Positions 15,753 through 28,985 of a stretch of DNA of 64,000 bases are shown piece by piece. The position numbers were made by a program, and so were the translations under genes. Below the pieces are notes generated by a model, which saw nothing but the letters and a program-made list of their open reading frames with translations, had not been told where the DNA came from and did not search any database. Within the stretch, counting starts at the first letter, position 1, and each line of letters starts with the position of its first letter. The stretch comes from Escherichia coli (GTDB lineage: Bacteria > Pseudomonadota > Gammaproteobacteria > Enterobacterales > Enterobacteriaceae): assembly GCF_044647545.1 (NCBI RefSeq), contig NZ_CP172818.1. One strand, 5' to 3'.

Positions 15753-16856
15753 GTGCAGGACGAGTATTACATGGCGCGGGCGCTAAAGCTGGCGCAACGA
15801 GGACGTTTTACCACCCACCCCAACCCGAATGTCGGGTGCGTCATTGTCAAAGATGGCGAAATTGTCGGTGAAGGTTACCACCAACGAGCGGGTGAACCAC
15901 ATGCCGAAGTACACGCATTGCGAATGGCGGGTGAAAAAGCCAAAGGTGCGACCGCCTATGTCACACTCGAACCCTGTAGCCATCATGGTCGTACGCCACC
16001 ATGCTGTGACGCACTCATCGCCGCTGGCGTAGCGCGCGTGGTTGCAGCGATGCAGGACCCCAATCCGCAGGTTGCTGGACGTGGACTTTACCGTCTGCAA
16101 CAGGCTGGCATTGACGTCAGCCACGGGCTGATGATGAGTGAAGCCGAGCAATTGAATAAAGGATTTCTCAAACGGATGCGCACCGGCTTTCCTTATATTC
16201 AATTAAAACTTGGCGCATCGCTTGATGGTCGCACGGCGATGGCGAGCGGCGAAAGCCAGTGGATCACTTCGCCTCAGGCGAGGCGCGACGTACAACGACT
16301 GCGCGCACAAAGTCATGCCATTTTAACCAGCAGCGCCACGGTGCTGGCGGATGATCCAGCCTTAACAGTGCGTTGGTCTGAACTGGATGAACAAACTCAG
16401 GCGCTCTATCCGCAACAAAATCTCCGTCAGCCGATACGTATTGTGATTGATAGCCAAAATCGCGTGACGCCGGAACATCGCATTGTGCAGCAGCCCGGCG
16501 AAACCTGGTTCGCGCGTACTCAGGATGATTCTCGTGAGTGGCCGGAAACGGTGCGTACCTTGCTGATTCCAGAGCATAAAGGTCATCTGGATCTGGTTGT
16601 ACTGATGATGCAACTGGGTAAACAGCAAATTAACAGCATCTGGGTGGAAGCGGGGCCAACGCTCGCTGGCGCATTGCTACAGGCGGGGTTAGTCGATGAG
16701 CTGATTGTCTATATCGCACCTAAACTATTAGGCAGCGACGCCCGTGGATTATGCTCGCTGCCAGGGCTTGAGAAATTAGCCGACGCCCCCCAATTTAAAT
16801 TCAAAGAGATACGTCATGTAGGCCCGGATGTTTGCCTGCATTTAGTGGGTGCATGA
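15753..16856 (+). CDS. ribD: Bifunctional riboflavin biosynthesis deaminase/reductase RibD
   Basis: 367 aa, GTG start; deaminase zinc motif HAEVHAL...[11 protein letters not shown]. Confidence 0.95.
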
Positions 16857-16944
16857 TCTCCCGGCTCGAAAGGGAAGCAGCGCACGAAATATTATGCTAA
16901 AATCCGCCCCCCTGCGGGGCCATACTCGAACCCGAAGGAAGAAA

Positions 16945-17415
16945 ATGAACATTATTGAAGCTAACGTTGCTACCCCGGACGCTCGCGTCGCCATCACCAT
17001 CGCGCGTTTCAACAACTTTATCAATGACAGCCTGCTGGAAGGTGCAATTGACGCACTGAAACGTATCGGTCAGGTAAAAGATGAAAACATTACCGTTGTT
17101 TGGGTGCCTGGTGCCTATGAGCTGCCGCTGGCGGCGGGTGCACTGGCTAAAACCGGTAAATACGACGCGGTGATTGCGCTGGGTACGGTTATTCGTGGTG
17201 GCACTGCCCACTTTGAATATGTCGCTGGTGGTGCAAGCAACGGCCTGGCGCATGTTGCCCAGGACAGCGAAATTCCGGTTGCTTTTGGGGTTCTGACCAC
17301 TGAAAGCATTGAACAAGCGATCGAACGTGCTGGCACCAAAGCTGGCAACAAAGGTGCAGAAGCTGCACTGACCGCGCTTGAAATGATTAATGTATTGAAA
17401 GCCATCAAGGCCTGA
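16945..17415 (+). CDS. ribH: 6,7-dimethyl-8-ribityllumazine synthase
   Basis: ORF 16849..17415 trimmed to ATG at 16945 (156 aa, [28 protein letters not shown]). Confidence 0.95.
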
Positions 17416-17434
17416 AATTAGTAAGGGGAAATCC

Positions 17435-17854
17435 GTGAAACCTGCTGCTCGTCGCCGCGCTCGTGAGTGTGCCGTCCAGGCGCTCTACTCCTGGCAGTTG
17501 TCCCAGAACGACATCGCTGATGTTGAATACCAGTTCCTGGCTGAACAGGATGTAAAAGACGTTGACGTCCTGTACTTCCGTGAGCTGCTGGCCGGGGTGG
17601 CGACTAACACCGCATACCTCGACGGACTGATGAAGCCATACCTGTCCCGCCTGCTGGAAGAACTGGGCCAGGTAGAAAAAGCAGTACTGCGCATTGCGCT
17701 GTACGAGCTGTCTAAACGTAGCGATGTGCCATACAAAGTGGCCATTAACGAAGCGATCGAACTGGCGAAATCGTTCGGCGCAGAAGACAGCCATAAGTTC
17801 GTCAACGGCGTACTCGATAAAGCAGCACCTGTGATTCGCCCTAACAAAAAGTGA
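17435..17854 (+). CDS. nusB: Transcription antitermination factor NusB
   Basis: 139 aa, GTG start, [26 protein letters not shown]. Confidence 0.96.
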
Positions 17855-17860
17855 TATCCA

Positions 17861-17912
17861 GGCCGGTAGATTCACGGAAGACCGTTCCGCGATCGCCGGC
17901 CTTTTCTTTTTT
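17861..17912 (+). terminator. GC-rich hairpin plus T-run between nusB and thiL (intra-operon attenuator-like structure)
   Basis: ggccgg...cggaa/ttccg...ccggcc nested stem followed by ttttctttttt. Confidence 0.5.
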
Positions 17913-17931
17913 ACCTGCTGAGGCATAACGT

Positions 17932-18909
17932 ATGGCATGTGGCGAGTTCTCCCTGATTGCCCGTTATTTTGACCGTGTAAGAAGTTCTCGTCTTGATGTC
18001 GAACTGGGCATTGGCGACGATTGCGCACTTCTCAATATCCCCGAGAAGCAGACCCTGGCGATCAGCACTGATACGCTGGTGGCGGGCAACCACTTCCTCC
18101 CTGATATCGATCCTGCTGATCTGGCATATAAAGCTCTGGCAGTGAATTTAAGCGATCTGGCCGCGATGGGGGCCGATCCGGCCTGGCTGACGCTGGCATT
18201 AACCTTACCGGACGTCGACGAAGCGTGGCTTGAGTCCTTCAGCGACAGTTTGTTTGATCTTCTCAATTATTACGATATGCAACTTATTGGCGGCGATACC
18301 ACGCGTGGGCCATTATCAATGACGTTGGGTATCCACGGCTTTGTTCCGATGGGACGAGCCTTAACGCGCTCTGGGGCGAAACCGGGTGACTGGATCTATG
18401 TGACCGGTACACCGGGCGATAGCGCCGCCGGGCTGGCGATTTTGCAAAATCGTTTGCAGGTTGCCGATGCTAAAGATGCGGACTACTTGATCAAACGTCA
18501 TCTCCGTCCGTCGCCGCGTATTTTACAGGGGCAGGCACTGCGCGATCTGGCAAATTCAGCTATCGATCTCTCTGACGGTCTGATTTCCGATCTCGGGCAT
18601 ATCGTGAAAGCCAGCGACTGCGGCGCACGTATTGACCTGGCATTGCTGCCGTTTTCTGATGCGCTTTCTCGCCATGTTGAACCTGAACAGGCGTTGCGCT
18701 GGGCGCTCTCTGGCGGTGAAGATTACGAGTTGTGTTTCACGGTGCCGGAACTGAACCGTGGCGCGCTGGATGTGGCTCTCGGACACCTGGGCGTACCGTT
18801 TACCTGTATCGGGCAAATGACCGCCGATATCGAAGGGCTTTGTTTTATTCGTGACGGCGAACCTGTCACGTTAGACTGGAAAGGATATGACCATTTTGCC
18901 ACGCCATAA
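17932..18909 (+). CDS. thiL: Thiamine-monophosphate kinase
   Basis: 325 aa, [22 protein letters not shown] synthase-related fold. Confidence 0.95.
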
Positions 18910-19405
18910 AGATGTCGCGAAAAGTCGCCTGAAGATGAGTAATCCGTGGCATCTGCTTGCTGTCGGATTCGGAAGTGGATTAAGCCCAATCGTTCCTGGC
19001 ACGATGGGATCGCTGGCGGCGATTCCGTTCTGGTATCTGATGACCTTTTTGCCCTGGCAGCTCTATTCGCTGGTGGTGATGCTGGGGATCTGTATCGGCG
19101 TCTATCTTTGTCATCAAACGGCGAAAGACATGGGCGTGCACGATCACGGCAGCATTGTCTGGGACGAATTTATTGGTATGTGGATCACGCTCATGGCGCT
19201 GCCGACCAATGACTGGCAGTGGGTCGCCGCCGGGTTTGTGATTTTCCGTATCCTGGATATGTGGAAACCGTGGCCGATCCGCTGGTTTGACCGCAATGTA
19301 CATGGCGGCATGGGGATCATGATAGATGATATTGTCGCCGGGGTGATTTCCGCAGGCATCCTGTACTTTATTGGACATCACTGGCCGCTGGGTATTCTGT
19401 CGTAG
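18887..19405 (+). CDS. pgpA: Phosphatidylglycerophosphatase A
   Basis: 172 aa membrane protein, [32 protein letters not shown]; 23-nt overlap with thiL. Confidence 0.94.
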
Positions 19406-19417
19406 TTGTGCACCGAT

Positions 19418-19450
19418 GCCTGATGTGACACTTGTCACGTCTCATCAGGC
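19418..19450. terminator. Bidirectional hairpin between convergent pgpA and yajO
   Basis: gcctgatg...catcaggc outer stem with inner palindrome gtgacacttgtcac. Confidence 0.6.
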
Positions 19451-19458
19451 CTGCATAC

Positions 19459-20433
19459 CTATTTAAATCCTACGACCGGATGCGGTTTATACGGCGTTTC
19501 CAGTTCAGCAATCTGTTCCGGCTTTAAAGTGATATCCACCGCGTTCAACAGCTCATCAAGCTGTTCCTCCCGAGAAGTTCCGATAATCGGTGCGGCAATG
19601 CCCGGTTTACTCAACAACCAGGCCAGCGCAACTTGTGCTCGTGTTGCACCGAGTTCTTCACTGACGCCCGTTAACCGCTCTGCGATCTGCGCGTCATTTT
19701 CATCGCTTTCTTTATAGAGATTTTTACCCACCTCATCAGACACCAGTCGTGCGGTGGTTTCTCCCCAAGGACGCGTCAGGCGGCCCCGCGCCAGCGGGCT
19801 CCACGGAATGACCGCCACGCCTTCCTCATAACACAGCGGCAGCATCTCGCGCTCTTCTTCACGATAAATCAGATTGTAGTGATCCTGCATACTGACAAAC
19901 TGCGCCCAGCCGTGCTGTTTTTGTAGTTCCAGTGCTTGAGCAAACTGCGAAGCGTGCATGGATGACGCGCCGATATAACGCGCTTTCCCGGCTTTTACCA
20001 CGTCGTTGAGGGCTTCCAGCGTCTCTTCGATCGGCGTGTTGTAATCCCAGCGATGAATTTGCAGGATATCGACATAATCCATGCCGAGACGGCGCAGGCT
20101 GTCGTCGATAGAGCGCAAAATTTGTGCACGGGATAATCCTTCCGGTAAATCACCAACGCGATGGAACACTTTGGTCGCAACGACCACGTCTTCACGACGG
20201 GCGAAATCCCGCAGTGCGCGACCGACGATCTCTTCGCTGCTGCCATCGGAATAGCTATTGGCGGTATCAAAGAAATTTATGCCGCCTTCCAGCGCGCGTT
20301 TAATGATGGGACGGCTGCTTTCTTCCGGCAGTGTCCATGCGTGATTACCGCGATCTGGCTCGCCAAAGGTCATACAGCCGAGGCAAAGTCGGGAAACGCG
20401 AAGGTCGGTTTTTCCTAAGGGCTTGTATTGCAT
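19459..20433 (-). CDS. yajO: Aldo-keto reductase YajO
   Basis: ORF 19459..20595 trimmed to MQYKPLGKTDLRVSRLCLGCMTFG (324 aa). Confidence 0.92.
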   Translation of the reverse strand: MQYKPLGKTDLRVSRLCLGCMTFGEPDRGNHAWTLPEESSRPIIKRALEGGINFFDTANSYSDGSSEEIVGRALRDFARREDVVVATKVFHRVGDLPEGLSRAQILRSIDDSLRRLGMDYVDILQIHRWDYNTPIEETLEALNDVVKAGKARYIGASSMHASQFAQALELQKQHGWAQFVSMQDHYNLIYREEEREMLPLCYEEGVAVIPWSPLARGRLTRPWGETTARLVSDEVGKNLYKESDENDAQIAERLTGVSEELGATRAQVALAWLLSKPGIAAPIIGTSREEQLDELLNAVDITLKPEQIAELETPYKPHPVVGFK

Positions 20434-20485
20434 GCTGCCACTCCTCATGAATAATTTCTTAAGCATAGCAGGAGTGGAGTAGGGA

Positions 20486-22348
20486 TTATGCCAGCCAGGC
20501 CTTGATTTTGGCTTCCATACCGGCGGCATCGAGGCCGAGTTCGGCGCGCATTTCTTCCTGTGTTCCTTGTGGAATAAAGAAGTCCGGCAGACCAATGTTC
20601 AGCACGGGTACTGGTTTACGATGGGCCATCAGCACTTCGTTCACGCCGCTGCCTGCACCACCCATAATGGCGTTTTCTTCTACGGTAACCAGCGCTTCAT
20701 GGCTGGCGGCCATTTCCAGAATTAACGCTTCATCAAGCGGTTTCACGAAACGCATATCGACCAGCGTAGCGTTCAGCGATTCAGCGACTTTCGCCGCTTC
20801 TGGCATCAGCGTACCAAAGTTAAGGATCGCCAGTTTCTCACCACGACGCTTCACAATGCCTTTGCCAATTGGCAGTTTTTCCAGCGGCGTCAATTCCACG
20901 CCAACCGCGTTGCCGCGCGGGTAGCGCACCGCGGACGGGCCATCGTTATAGTGATAGCCGGTATAGAGCATCTGGCGACATTCGTTTTCATCGCTCGGGG
21001 TCATAATGACCATTTCCGGTATGCAGCGCAGGTAAGAGAGATCAAAAGCGCCCTGGTGGGTTTGACCGTCAGCACCAACAATGCCCGCGCGGTCGATGGC
21101 GAACAGGACCGGGAGTTTTTGAATCGCCACGTCATGCAACACCTGATCATAGGCACGTTGCAGGAAGGTGGAGTAAATTGCCACGATCGGTTTGTAGCCA
21201 CCAATCGCCAGACCGACGGCAAAGGTCACCGCGTGTTGCTCGGCAATCGCTACATCAAAATAGCGATCCGGGAATTTACGTGAAAACTCGACCATGCCGG
21301 AACCTTCACGCATCGCCGGAGTAATCGCCATCAGCTTGTTGTCTTTCGCTGCCGTTTCGCACAACCAGTCGCCAAAGATTTTTGAATAGCTCGGCAAACC
21401 GCCGCTACTTTTCGGCAAACAACCGCTGGAGGGATCAAATTTAGGCACGGCGTGGAAGGTGATTGGGTCTTTTTCTGCCGGTTCATAACCACGACCTTTT
21501 TTAGTCATGATATGCAGGAACTGCGGGCCTTTCAGGTCGCGCATGTTCTTAAGCGTGGTGATAAGCCCCAGCACATCGTGACCGTCCACCGGGCCGATGT
21601 AGTTAAAGCCCAGCTCTTCAAACAACGTGCCAGGCACTACCATGCCTTTAATATGTTCTTCGGTGCGTTTGAGCAGCTCTTTAATGGGGGGCACGCCAGA
21701 GAAAACTTTTTTCCCGCCTTCGCGCAGTGAAGAGTAAAGCTTACCGGAAAGCAGTTGCGCCAGATGGTTGTTGAGCGCGCCAACATTTTCGGAAATCGAC
21801 ATTTCATTGTCGTTGAGAACCACCAGCATATCAGGACGGATATCGCCCGCGTGATTCATCGCTTCAAACGCCATGCCAGCGGTAATCGCGCCATCGCCAA
21901 TGACACAGACGGTACGGCGATTTTTGCCTTCTTTCTCGGCAGCAACCGCAATACCAATTCCGGCACTGATGGAGGTTGATGAATGCCCGACGCTTAATAC
22001 GTCATATTCGCTTTCGCCGCGCCACGGGAACGGGTGCAGGCCGCCTTTCTGACGGATGGTGCCGATTTTGTCGCGGCGTCCGGTCAAAATTTTATGCGGA
22101 TAAGCCTGATGCCCCACATCCCAGATTAACTGGTCAAACGGGGTATTGTAGACATAGTGCAGCGCCACGGTCAGTTCGACCGTGCCCAGCCCGGAGGCGA
22201 AGTGCCCGCTGGAACGGCTCACGCTGTCGAGTAAATAGCGGCGCAGTTCGTCGCAGAGTTTCGGTAAACTCTCTTTCGGCAACAGTCGTAACTCCTGGGT
22301 GGAGTCGACCAGTGCCAGGGTCGGGTATTTGGCAATATCAAAACTCAT
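20486..22348 (-). CDS. dxs: 1-deoxy-D-xylulose-5-phosphate synthase
   Basis: 620 aa, [40 protein letters not shown]; TPP-binding [18 protein letters not shown]. Confidence 0.97.
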   Translation of the reverse strand: MSFDIAKYPTLALVDSTQELRLLPKESLPKLCDELRRYLLDSVSRSSGHFASGLGTVELTVALHYVYNTPFDQLIWDVGHQAYPHKILTGRRDKIGTIRQKGGLHPFPWRGESEYDVLSVGHSSTSISAGIGIAVAAEKEGKNRRTVCVIGDGAITAGMAFEAMNHAGDIRPDMLVVLNDNEMSISENVGALNNHLAQLLSGKLYSSLREGGKKVFSGVPPIKELLKRTEEHIKGMVVPGTLFEELGFNYIGPVDGHDVLGLITTLKNMRDLKGPQFLHIMTKKGRGYEPAEKDPITFHAVPKFDPSSGCLPKSSGGLPSYSKIFGDWLCETAAKDNKLMAITPAMREGSGMVEFSRKFPDRYFDVAIAEQHAVTFAVGLAIGGYKPIVAIYSTFLQRAYDQVLHDVAIQKLPVLFAIDRAGIVGADGQTHQGAFDLSYLRCIPEMVIMTPSDENECRQMLYTGYHYNDGPSAVRYPRGNAVGVELTPLEKLPIGKGIVKRRGEKLAILNFGTLMPEAAKVAESLNATLVDMRFVKPLDEALILEMAASHEALVTVEENAIMGGAGSGVNEVLMAHRKPVPVLNIGLPDFFIPQGTQEEMRAELGLDAAGMEAKIKAWLA

Positions 22349-22372
22349 CAGGGGCCTATTAATACTTATTGT

Positions 22373-23272
22373 TTATTTATTACGCTGGATGATGTAGTCC
22401 GCTAGCGCTTCCAGTGCCGAGGTATCGAGTGACTGTTCAGCCAGTTGTTTCAGCGACTGACGGGCATCGTCGATCAGATCCCGGGCTTTCTTCCGGGCTT
22501 GCTCAAGACCCAGAAGTGCAGGGTAGGTACTTTTACCAAGTTGCTGATCGGCACCCTGGCGTTTTCCCAACGTTGCAGTATCTCCTACCACATCCAGGAT
22601 GTCATCCTGAACCTGGAAGGCAAGGCCGATGCTCTCTGCGTACTTGTCGAGTACTGGCAGAGCACGACGCCCTTTATCTCCGGCGCTTAATGCACCAAGG
22701 CGAACGGCGGCGCGAATCAATGCGCCAGTTTTATGACGATGTATACGCTCAAGCGCGTCCAGAGGTACGCGTTTGCCTTCCGCGTCTAAATCTAATGCCT
22801 GACCACCGCACATTCCGGCAATACCGCTGGCGCTCGCCAGTTCAGAAATCATCGAAATTCTGTCGCGATCCGACACTTCCGGCATATCAGCATCGCTTAA
22901 AATCGAGAACGCCAGCGTTTGTAAAGCATCGCCAGCGAGAATCGCGTTTGCTTCGCCAAACTTCACATGGCAGGTCGGCAAACCGCGACGCAGATCGTCA
23001 TCATCCATCGCCGGTAAATCATCATGAATTAATGAGTAAGCGTGGATACACTCTACGGCGGCAGCGGGTGCGTCCAGTGTGTTTGTGCTAACGCCGAACA
23101 TATGACCAGTGGCATAAACCAGGAAAGGTCGCAGACGCTTACCACCTAATAATGCGCCATACTGCATGGTTTCGACCACGGGAGTGTTCTGAAAGGGCAG
23201 TGGGGCGATAAAACGGCTCAGCGCCTGGTTGGCCTGCTTAACGCAGGCTTCGAGTTGCTGCGGAAAGTCCAT
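22373..23272 (-). CDS. ispA: Farnesyl diphosphate synthase
   Basis: 299 aa; FARM LIHDDLPAMDDDDLRRG and second aspartate motif VQDDILDV. Confidence 0.96.
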   Translation of the reverse strand: MDFPQQLEACVKQANQALSRFIAPLPFQNTPVVETMQYGALLGGKRLRPFLVYATGHMFGVSTNTLDAPAAAVECIHAYSLIHDDLPAMDDDDLRRGLPTCHVKFGEANAILAGDALQTLAFSILSDADMPEVSDRDRISMISELASASGIAGMCGGQALDLDAEGKRVPLDALERIHRHKTGALIRAAVRLGALSAGDKGRRALPVLDKYAESIGLAFQVQDDILDVVGDTATLGKRQGADQQLGKSTYPALLGLEQARKKARDLIDDARQSLKQLAEQSLDTSALEALADYIIQRNK

Positions 23273-23514
23273 TACTCATTGTCCGGTGTAAAAGGGGTTA
23301 GAGAGGCATCTTCATTGTCAGACAGCAGAATTTGTACGCGCTGTTCGGCTTGTTGTAATTTGGCCTGCCCCTGACGTGCCAGCTGCACGCCGCGTTCGAA
23401 CTCGTTCAGCGCCTCTTCCAGCGGCAGGTCGCCACTTTCCAGACGGGTTACAATCTGTTCCAGCTCGCTCAGCGCCTTTTCAAAGCTGGCGGGAGCCTCA
23501 TTTTTCTTCGGCAT
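23272..23514 (-). CDS. xseB: Exodeoxyribonuclease VII small subunit
   Basis: 80 aa, [36 protein letters not shown]; 1-nt overlap with ispA. Confidence 0.95.
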
Positions 23515-23719
23515 AATGAATGTCTGACTCTCAGTATTTTTCGCCCCGTCATGGTAACGGACTCAGGGCAAATAGCAAATAACGCGCAATGGTAAGGTGA
23601 TGTGCGCAGCAAAGCGATGTTAGTGGTATACTTCCGCGCCTGGATGCAGCCGCAGGTGTGGGCTGCTGTATTTTTCCCTATACAAGTCGCTTAAGGCTTG
23701 CCAACGAACCATTGCCGCC

Positions 23720-25168
23720 ATGAAGTTTATCATTAAATTGTTCCCGGAAATCACCATCAAAAGCCAATCTGTGCGCTTGCGCTTTATAAAAATCCTTACC
23801 GGGAACATTCGTAACGTTTTAAAGCACTATGATGAGACGCTCGCTGTCGTCCGCCACTGGGATAACATCGAAGTTCGCGCAAAAGATGAAAACCAGCGTC
23901 TGGCTATTCGCGACGCCCTGACCCGTATTCCGGGTATCCACCATATTCTCGAAGTCGAAGACGTGCCGTTTACCGACATGCACGATATTTTCGAAAAAGC
24001 GTTGGTTCAGTATCGCGATCAGCTGGAAGGGAAAACCTTTTGCGTACGCGTGAAGCGCCGTGGCAAACATGATTTTAGCTCGATTGATGTGGAACGTTAC
24101 GTCGGCGGCGGTTTAAATCAGCATATTGAGTCCGCGCGCGTGAAGCTGACCAATCCGGATGTGACTGTCCATCTGGAAGTGGAAGACGATCGTCTTCTGC
24201 TGATTAAAGGCCGCTACGAAGGTATTGGCGGTTTCCCGATTGGTACCCAGGAAGATGTGCTGTCGCTCATTTCTGGTGGTTTCGACTCCGGCGTTTCCAG
24301 TTATATGTTGATGCGTCGCGGATGTCGTGTGCATTACTGCTTCTTTAACCTTGGCGGCGCGGCGCATGAAATTGGCGTGCGTCAGGTAGCGCATTATCTG
24401 TGGAACCGCTTTGGCAGCTCCCACCGCGTGCGTTTTGTCGCTATTAATTTCGAACCGGTCGTCGGGGAAATTCTCGAGAAAATCGACGACGGTCAGATGG
24501 GCGTTATCCTCAAACGTATGATGGTGCGTGCCGCGTCCAAAGTGGCAGAACGTTACGGCGTTCAGGCGCTGGTTACCGGTGAAGCGCTCGGCCAGGTGTC
24601 CAGCCAGACGCTGACCAACCTGCGCTTGATTGATAACGTCTCCGATACGCTGATCCTGCGTCCGCTGATCTCTTACGACAAAGAGCACATCATCAACCTG
24701 GCTCGCCAGATTGGCACCGAAGACTTTGCCCGCACGATGCCGGAATATTGCGGCGTGATTTCCAAAAGCCCGACGGTGAAAGCGGTTAAATCGAAGATTG
24801 AAGCGGAAGAAGAGAAGTTTGACTTCAGCATTCTCGATAAAGTGGTTGAGGAAGCGAATAACGTTGATATCCGCGAAATCGCCCAGCAGACCGAGCAGGA
24901 AGTGGTGGAAGTGGAAACCGTCAATGGCTTCGGCCCGAACGACGTGATCCTCGATATCCGTTCTATCGATGAACAGGAAGATAAGCCACTGAAAGTCGAA
25001 GGGATTGATGTGGTTTCTCTGCCGTTCTATAAACTGAGCACCAAATTTGGCGATCTCGACCAGAGCAAAACCTGGCTGTTGTGGTGTGAGCGCGGGGTGA
25101 TGAGCCGCCTGCAGGCGCTCTATCTGCGCGAGCAGGGCTTTAACAATGTGAAGGTGTATCGCCCGTAA
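23720..25168 (+). CDS. thiI: tRNA 4-thiouridine synthase ThiI
   Basis: 482 aa; THUMP, PP-loop SGGFDS and C-terminal rhodanese domain with catalytic Cys (LWCERG). Confidence 0.96.
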   Translation: MKFIIKLFPEITIKSQSVRLRFIKILTGNIRNVLKHYDETLAVVRHWDNIEVRAKDENQRLAIRDALTRIPGIHHILEVEDVPFTDMHDIFEKALVQYRDQLEGKTFCVRVKRRGKHDFSSIDVERYVGGGLNQHIESARVKLTNPDVTVHLEVEDDRLLLIKGRYEGIGGFPIGTQEDVLSLISGGFDSGVSSYMLMRRGCRVHYCFFNLGGAAHEIGVRQVAHYLWNRFGSSHRVRFVAINFEPVVGEILEKIDDGQMGVILKRMMVRAASKVAERYGVQALVTGEALGQVSSQTLTNLRLIDNVSDTLILRPLISYDKEHIINLARQIGTEDFARTMPEYCGVISKSPTVKAVKSKIEAEEEKFDFSILDKVVEEANNVDIREIAQQTEQEVVEVETVNGFGPNDVILDIRSIDEQEDKPLKVEGIDVVSLPFYKLSTKFGDLDQSKTWLLWCERGVMSRLQALYLREQGFNNVKVYRP

Positions 25169-25179
25169 TATGTGGTTGT

Positions 25180-25207
25180 AACGTCGCATCTGGTCAGATG
25201 CGACGTT
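25180..25207. terminator. Hairpin between convergent thiI and yajL
   Basis: Inverted repeat aacgtcgcatctg / cagatgcgacgtt. Confidence 0.55.
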
Positions 25208-25221
25208 TACCGCATCCGACA

Positions 25222-26686
<1,465 letters not shown>

Positions 26687-26853
26687 TGTTCCTCCTCACC
26701 CGCAACCACTCCGGGTGTTCAATAAGGCTATCCCTTAATTGTGCATGCTGTTGCGACTATGCACAATTAAGGGATACGTCCTGGTGCAGGACTGTTGGTT
26801 ATTTAACTTTGCAGGTATTATGCTTCGCATCAAAAATGAAGGGAGAGGAAAAG

Positions 26854-27345
26854 ATGCCATCTTTCGATATTGTCTCTGAAGTTGATCTTCAGGAAGCACG
26901 TAACGCGGTCGATAACGCGAGCCGCGAAGTGGAGTCCCGTTTTGACTTCCGTAATGTTGAAGCCTCATTTGAGCTGAACGACGCCAGCAAAACCATCAAA
27001 GTGTTGAGCGAGTCCGACTTCCAGGTCAATCAGTTGCTGGATATTCTGCGTGCCAAGCTGCTGAAGCGCGGCATTGAAGGCAGTTCACTGGATGTACCGG
27101 AAAATATCGTTCATAGCGGTAAAACCTGGTTTGTGGAAGCGAAACTGAAACAGGGCATTGAGAGCGCGACCCAGAAGAAAATCGTCAAGATGATTAAAGA
27201 CAGCAAACTGAAAGTGCAGGCGCAAATTCAGGGCGATGAGATCCGTGTAACGGGTAAATCTCGTGATGATTTGCAGGCTGTCATGGCGATGGTACGTGGT
27301 GGTGATCTCGGTCAGCCGTTCCAGTTCAAAAACTTCCGCGATTAA
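26854..27345 (+). CDS. yajQ: Nucleotide-binding protein YajQ (UPF0234)
   Basis: ORF 26686..27345 trimmed to ATG at 26854 (163 aa, [26 protein letters not shown]); GGAGAGGAAAAG Shine-Dalgarno. Confidence 0.93.
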
Positions 27346-27371
27346 TCGCGACAATGTGCGTTTTGTTCATG

Positions 27372-27459
27372 TCAGATGCGGCATGAACGCCTGATTCGGC
27401 TTACAAAGGTTTGTAACTCAGGAACTTAGTAGGCCTGATAAGCGTAGCGCAGCAGGCAA
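27372..27459. repeat. REP (repetitive extragenic palindromic) elements between convergent yajQ and yajR
   Basis: gatgcggcatgaacgcctgattcggc and gtaggcctgataagcgtagcgcagcaggca match the E. coli REP consensus family. Confidence 0.7.
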
Positions 27460-27472
27460 TTTCGCCTCGCTT

Positions 27473-28837
27473 TTATGCCTGGCGAATTGCCTGTTCAACC
27501 TCAAAGCGATTCGTCACTTTGCTGTCGATTTTCACATACGCTGAATGTTCTTCTTCTGCAATCAACACTTCTTTGACGCCTTCAGTTTCCAGCAAACGCA
27601 CTTTTAACGCATTGTTTGCGGCAATGTCCGCCGGGATTTCAATGCGCAAGCTGCTGACATACGGTGGTTCTTTCATGGTACTGGCGACTGCCAGCCACAC
27701 TGCGGCCAGCATTGCGCCAGCGAGAAATACTCCCTGACCGTCAAACATGCCGTCAATCCAGCCGCCCAGCGAACCGCCAATCGCCACGCCAAGAAACTGG
27801 CTGGTGGAGTAAACACCCATCGCCGTACCTTTGTAACCTGCTGGCGATTCTTTACTGATAAGTGAAGGCAGAAGGGCTTCCATCAAATTAAACGCCACAA
27901 AGAAAAGCTGCACGCCGACCACCAGTTGCCAGAACTGCGTTTGTGCGTTCCACAACACAATTTCCGCGACCACGATCAACCCGACGCAAAAGACAAAGAC
28001 TTGCTTCATTTTGCGCTTAACTTCAGCGTAGATAATGAAAGGCACGACCGAGCCAAAGGCGATTAACATCGTTGCCAGGTAGACCTTCCAGTGTTCAGCC
28101 GCCGGGAACCCCGCATCAGCCATCTGTCCGGGCAGGGCAACAAAGGTCGACATCAGCAAAATATGCAGACACATAATGCCAAAGTTGAGTTTCAGCAGCC
28201 GCGGTTCAGCCAGCACTTTACTGAAACTGCCTTTCACCATTCCGGACTCACGATTAAGTACGTGAGTGCTACTGTTGGGCACAACCCAAATGGTCAACGC
28301 AATGCCGGTTGTTGCCAGAATAGCGATCATCCAGAACAGCGCGTGCAGCCCAAGTTTGTGAGTGATGATCGGGCCAAGCACCATCGCAATGGCAAAGGTA
28401 ATGCCAAAGCTCACGCCGATAAACGCCATCGCTTTGGTGCGGTTTTGTTCGCGCGTAAGATCAGAAAGTAGTGCCATAACGGCAGCGGCAATCGCTCCAG
28501 AACCTTGTAACGCCCGGCCCAGAATAATTCCCCAGATGGAGTCGGAGAGCGCAGCAATAACGCTACCGGCGGCAAACACCGCCAGCCCACCGACAATTAA
28601 TGGTTTGCGACCAATGCGGTCTGAAAGCAGGCCAAACGGAATCTGAAAAACGGCCTGAGTCAGACCATAAATACCAATGGCAATACCGATTAATGCTTCG
28701 CTGGCACCTTGCAGAGCCATGCCGTACGTGGTCAGAACCGGCAGAACCATGAACATGCCCAGCATGCGCAACGAGAAAACGGTGCCTAAACCCCAGGTCG
28801 CGCGCCGCTCACCTGGCGTCATTTTATAATCGTTCAT
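27473..28837 (-). CDS. yajR: MFS transporter YajR
   Basis: ORF 27473..29035 trimmed to MNDYKMTPGERRATWGLGTVF (454 aa); 12-TM MFS plus C-terminal cytoplasmic domain. Confidence 0.92.
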   Translation of the reverse strand: MNDYKMTPGERRATWGLGTVFSLRMLGMFMVLPVLTTYGMALQGASEALIGIAIGIYGLTQAVFQIPFGLLSDRIGRKPLIVGGLAVFAAGSVIAALSDSIWGIILGRALQGSGAIAAAVMALLSDLTREQNRTKAMAFIGVSFGITFAIAMVLGPIITHKLGLHALFWMIAILATTGIALTIWVVPNSSTHVLNRESGMVKGSFSKVLAEPRLLKLNFGIMCLHILLMSTFVALPGQMADAGFPAAEHWKVYLATMLIAFGSVVPFIIYAEVKRKMKQVFVFCVGLIVVAEIVLWNAQTQFWQLVVGVQLFFVAFNLMEALLPSLISKESPAGYKGTAMGVYSTSQFLGVAIGGSLGGWIDGMFDGQGVFLAGAMLAAVWLAVASTMKEPPYVSSLRIEIPADIAANNALKVRLLETEGVKEVLIAEEEHSAYVKIDSKVTNRFEVEQAIRQA

Positions 28838-28985
28838 TACCACCTCTGTTTTAAATTCGCGACTAGTGTAAAGCGGCAAACGAATGGGGTAAACATGCGG
28901 ATTTTTTAGTAAATATTTCGAGAGGGATATGATTCTAATGCTAAGAAAAAAGGTGCCGTAGCACCTTTTTAACTGAGAGGTTGTG

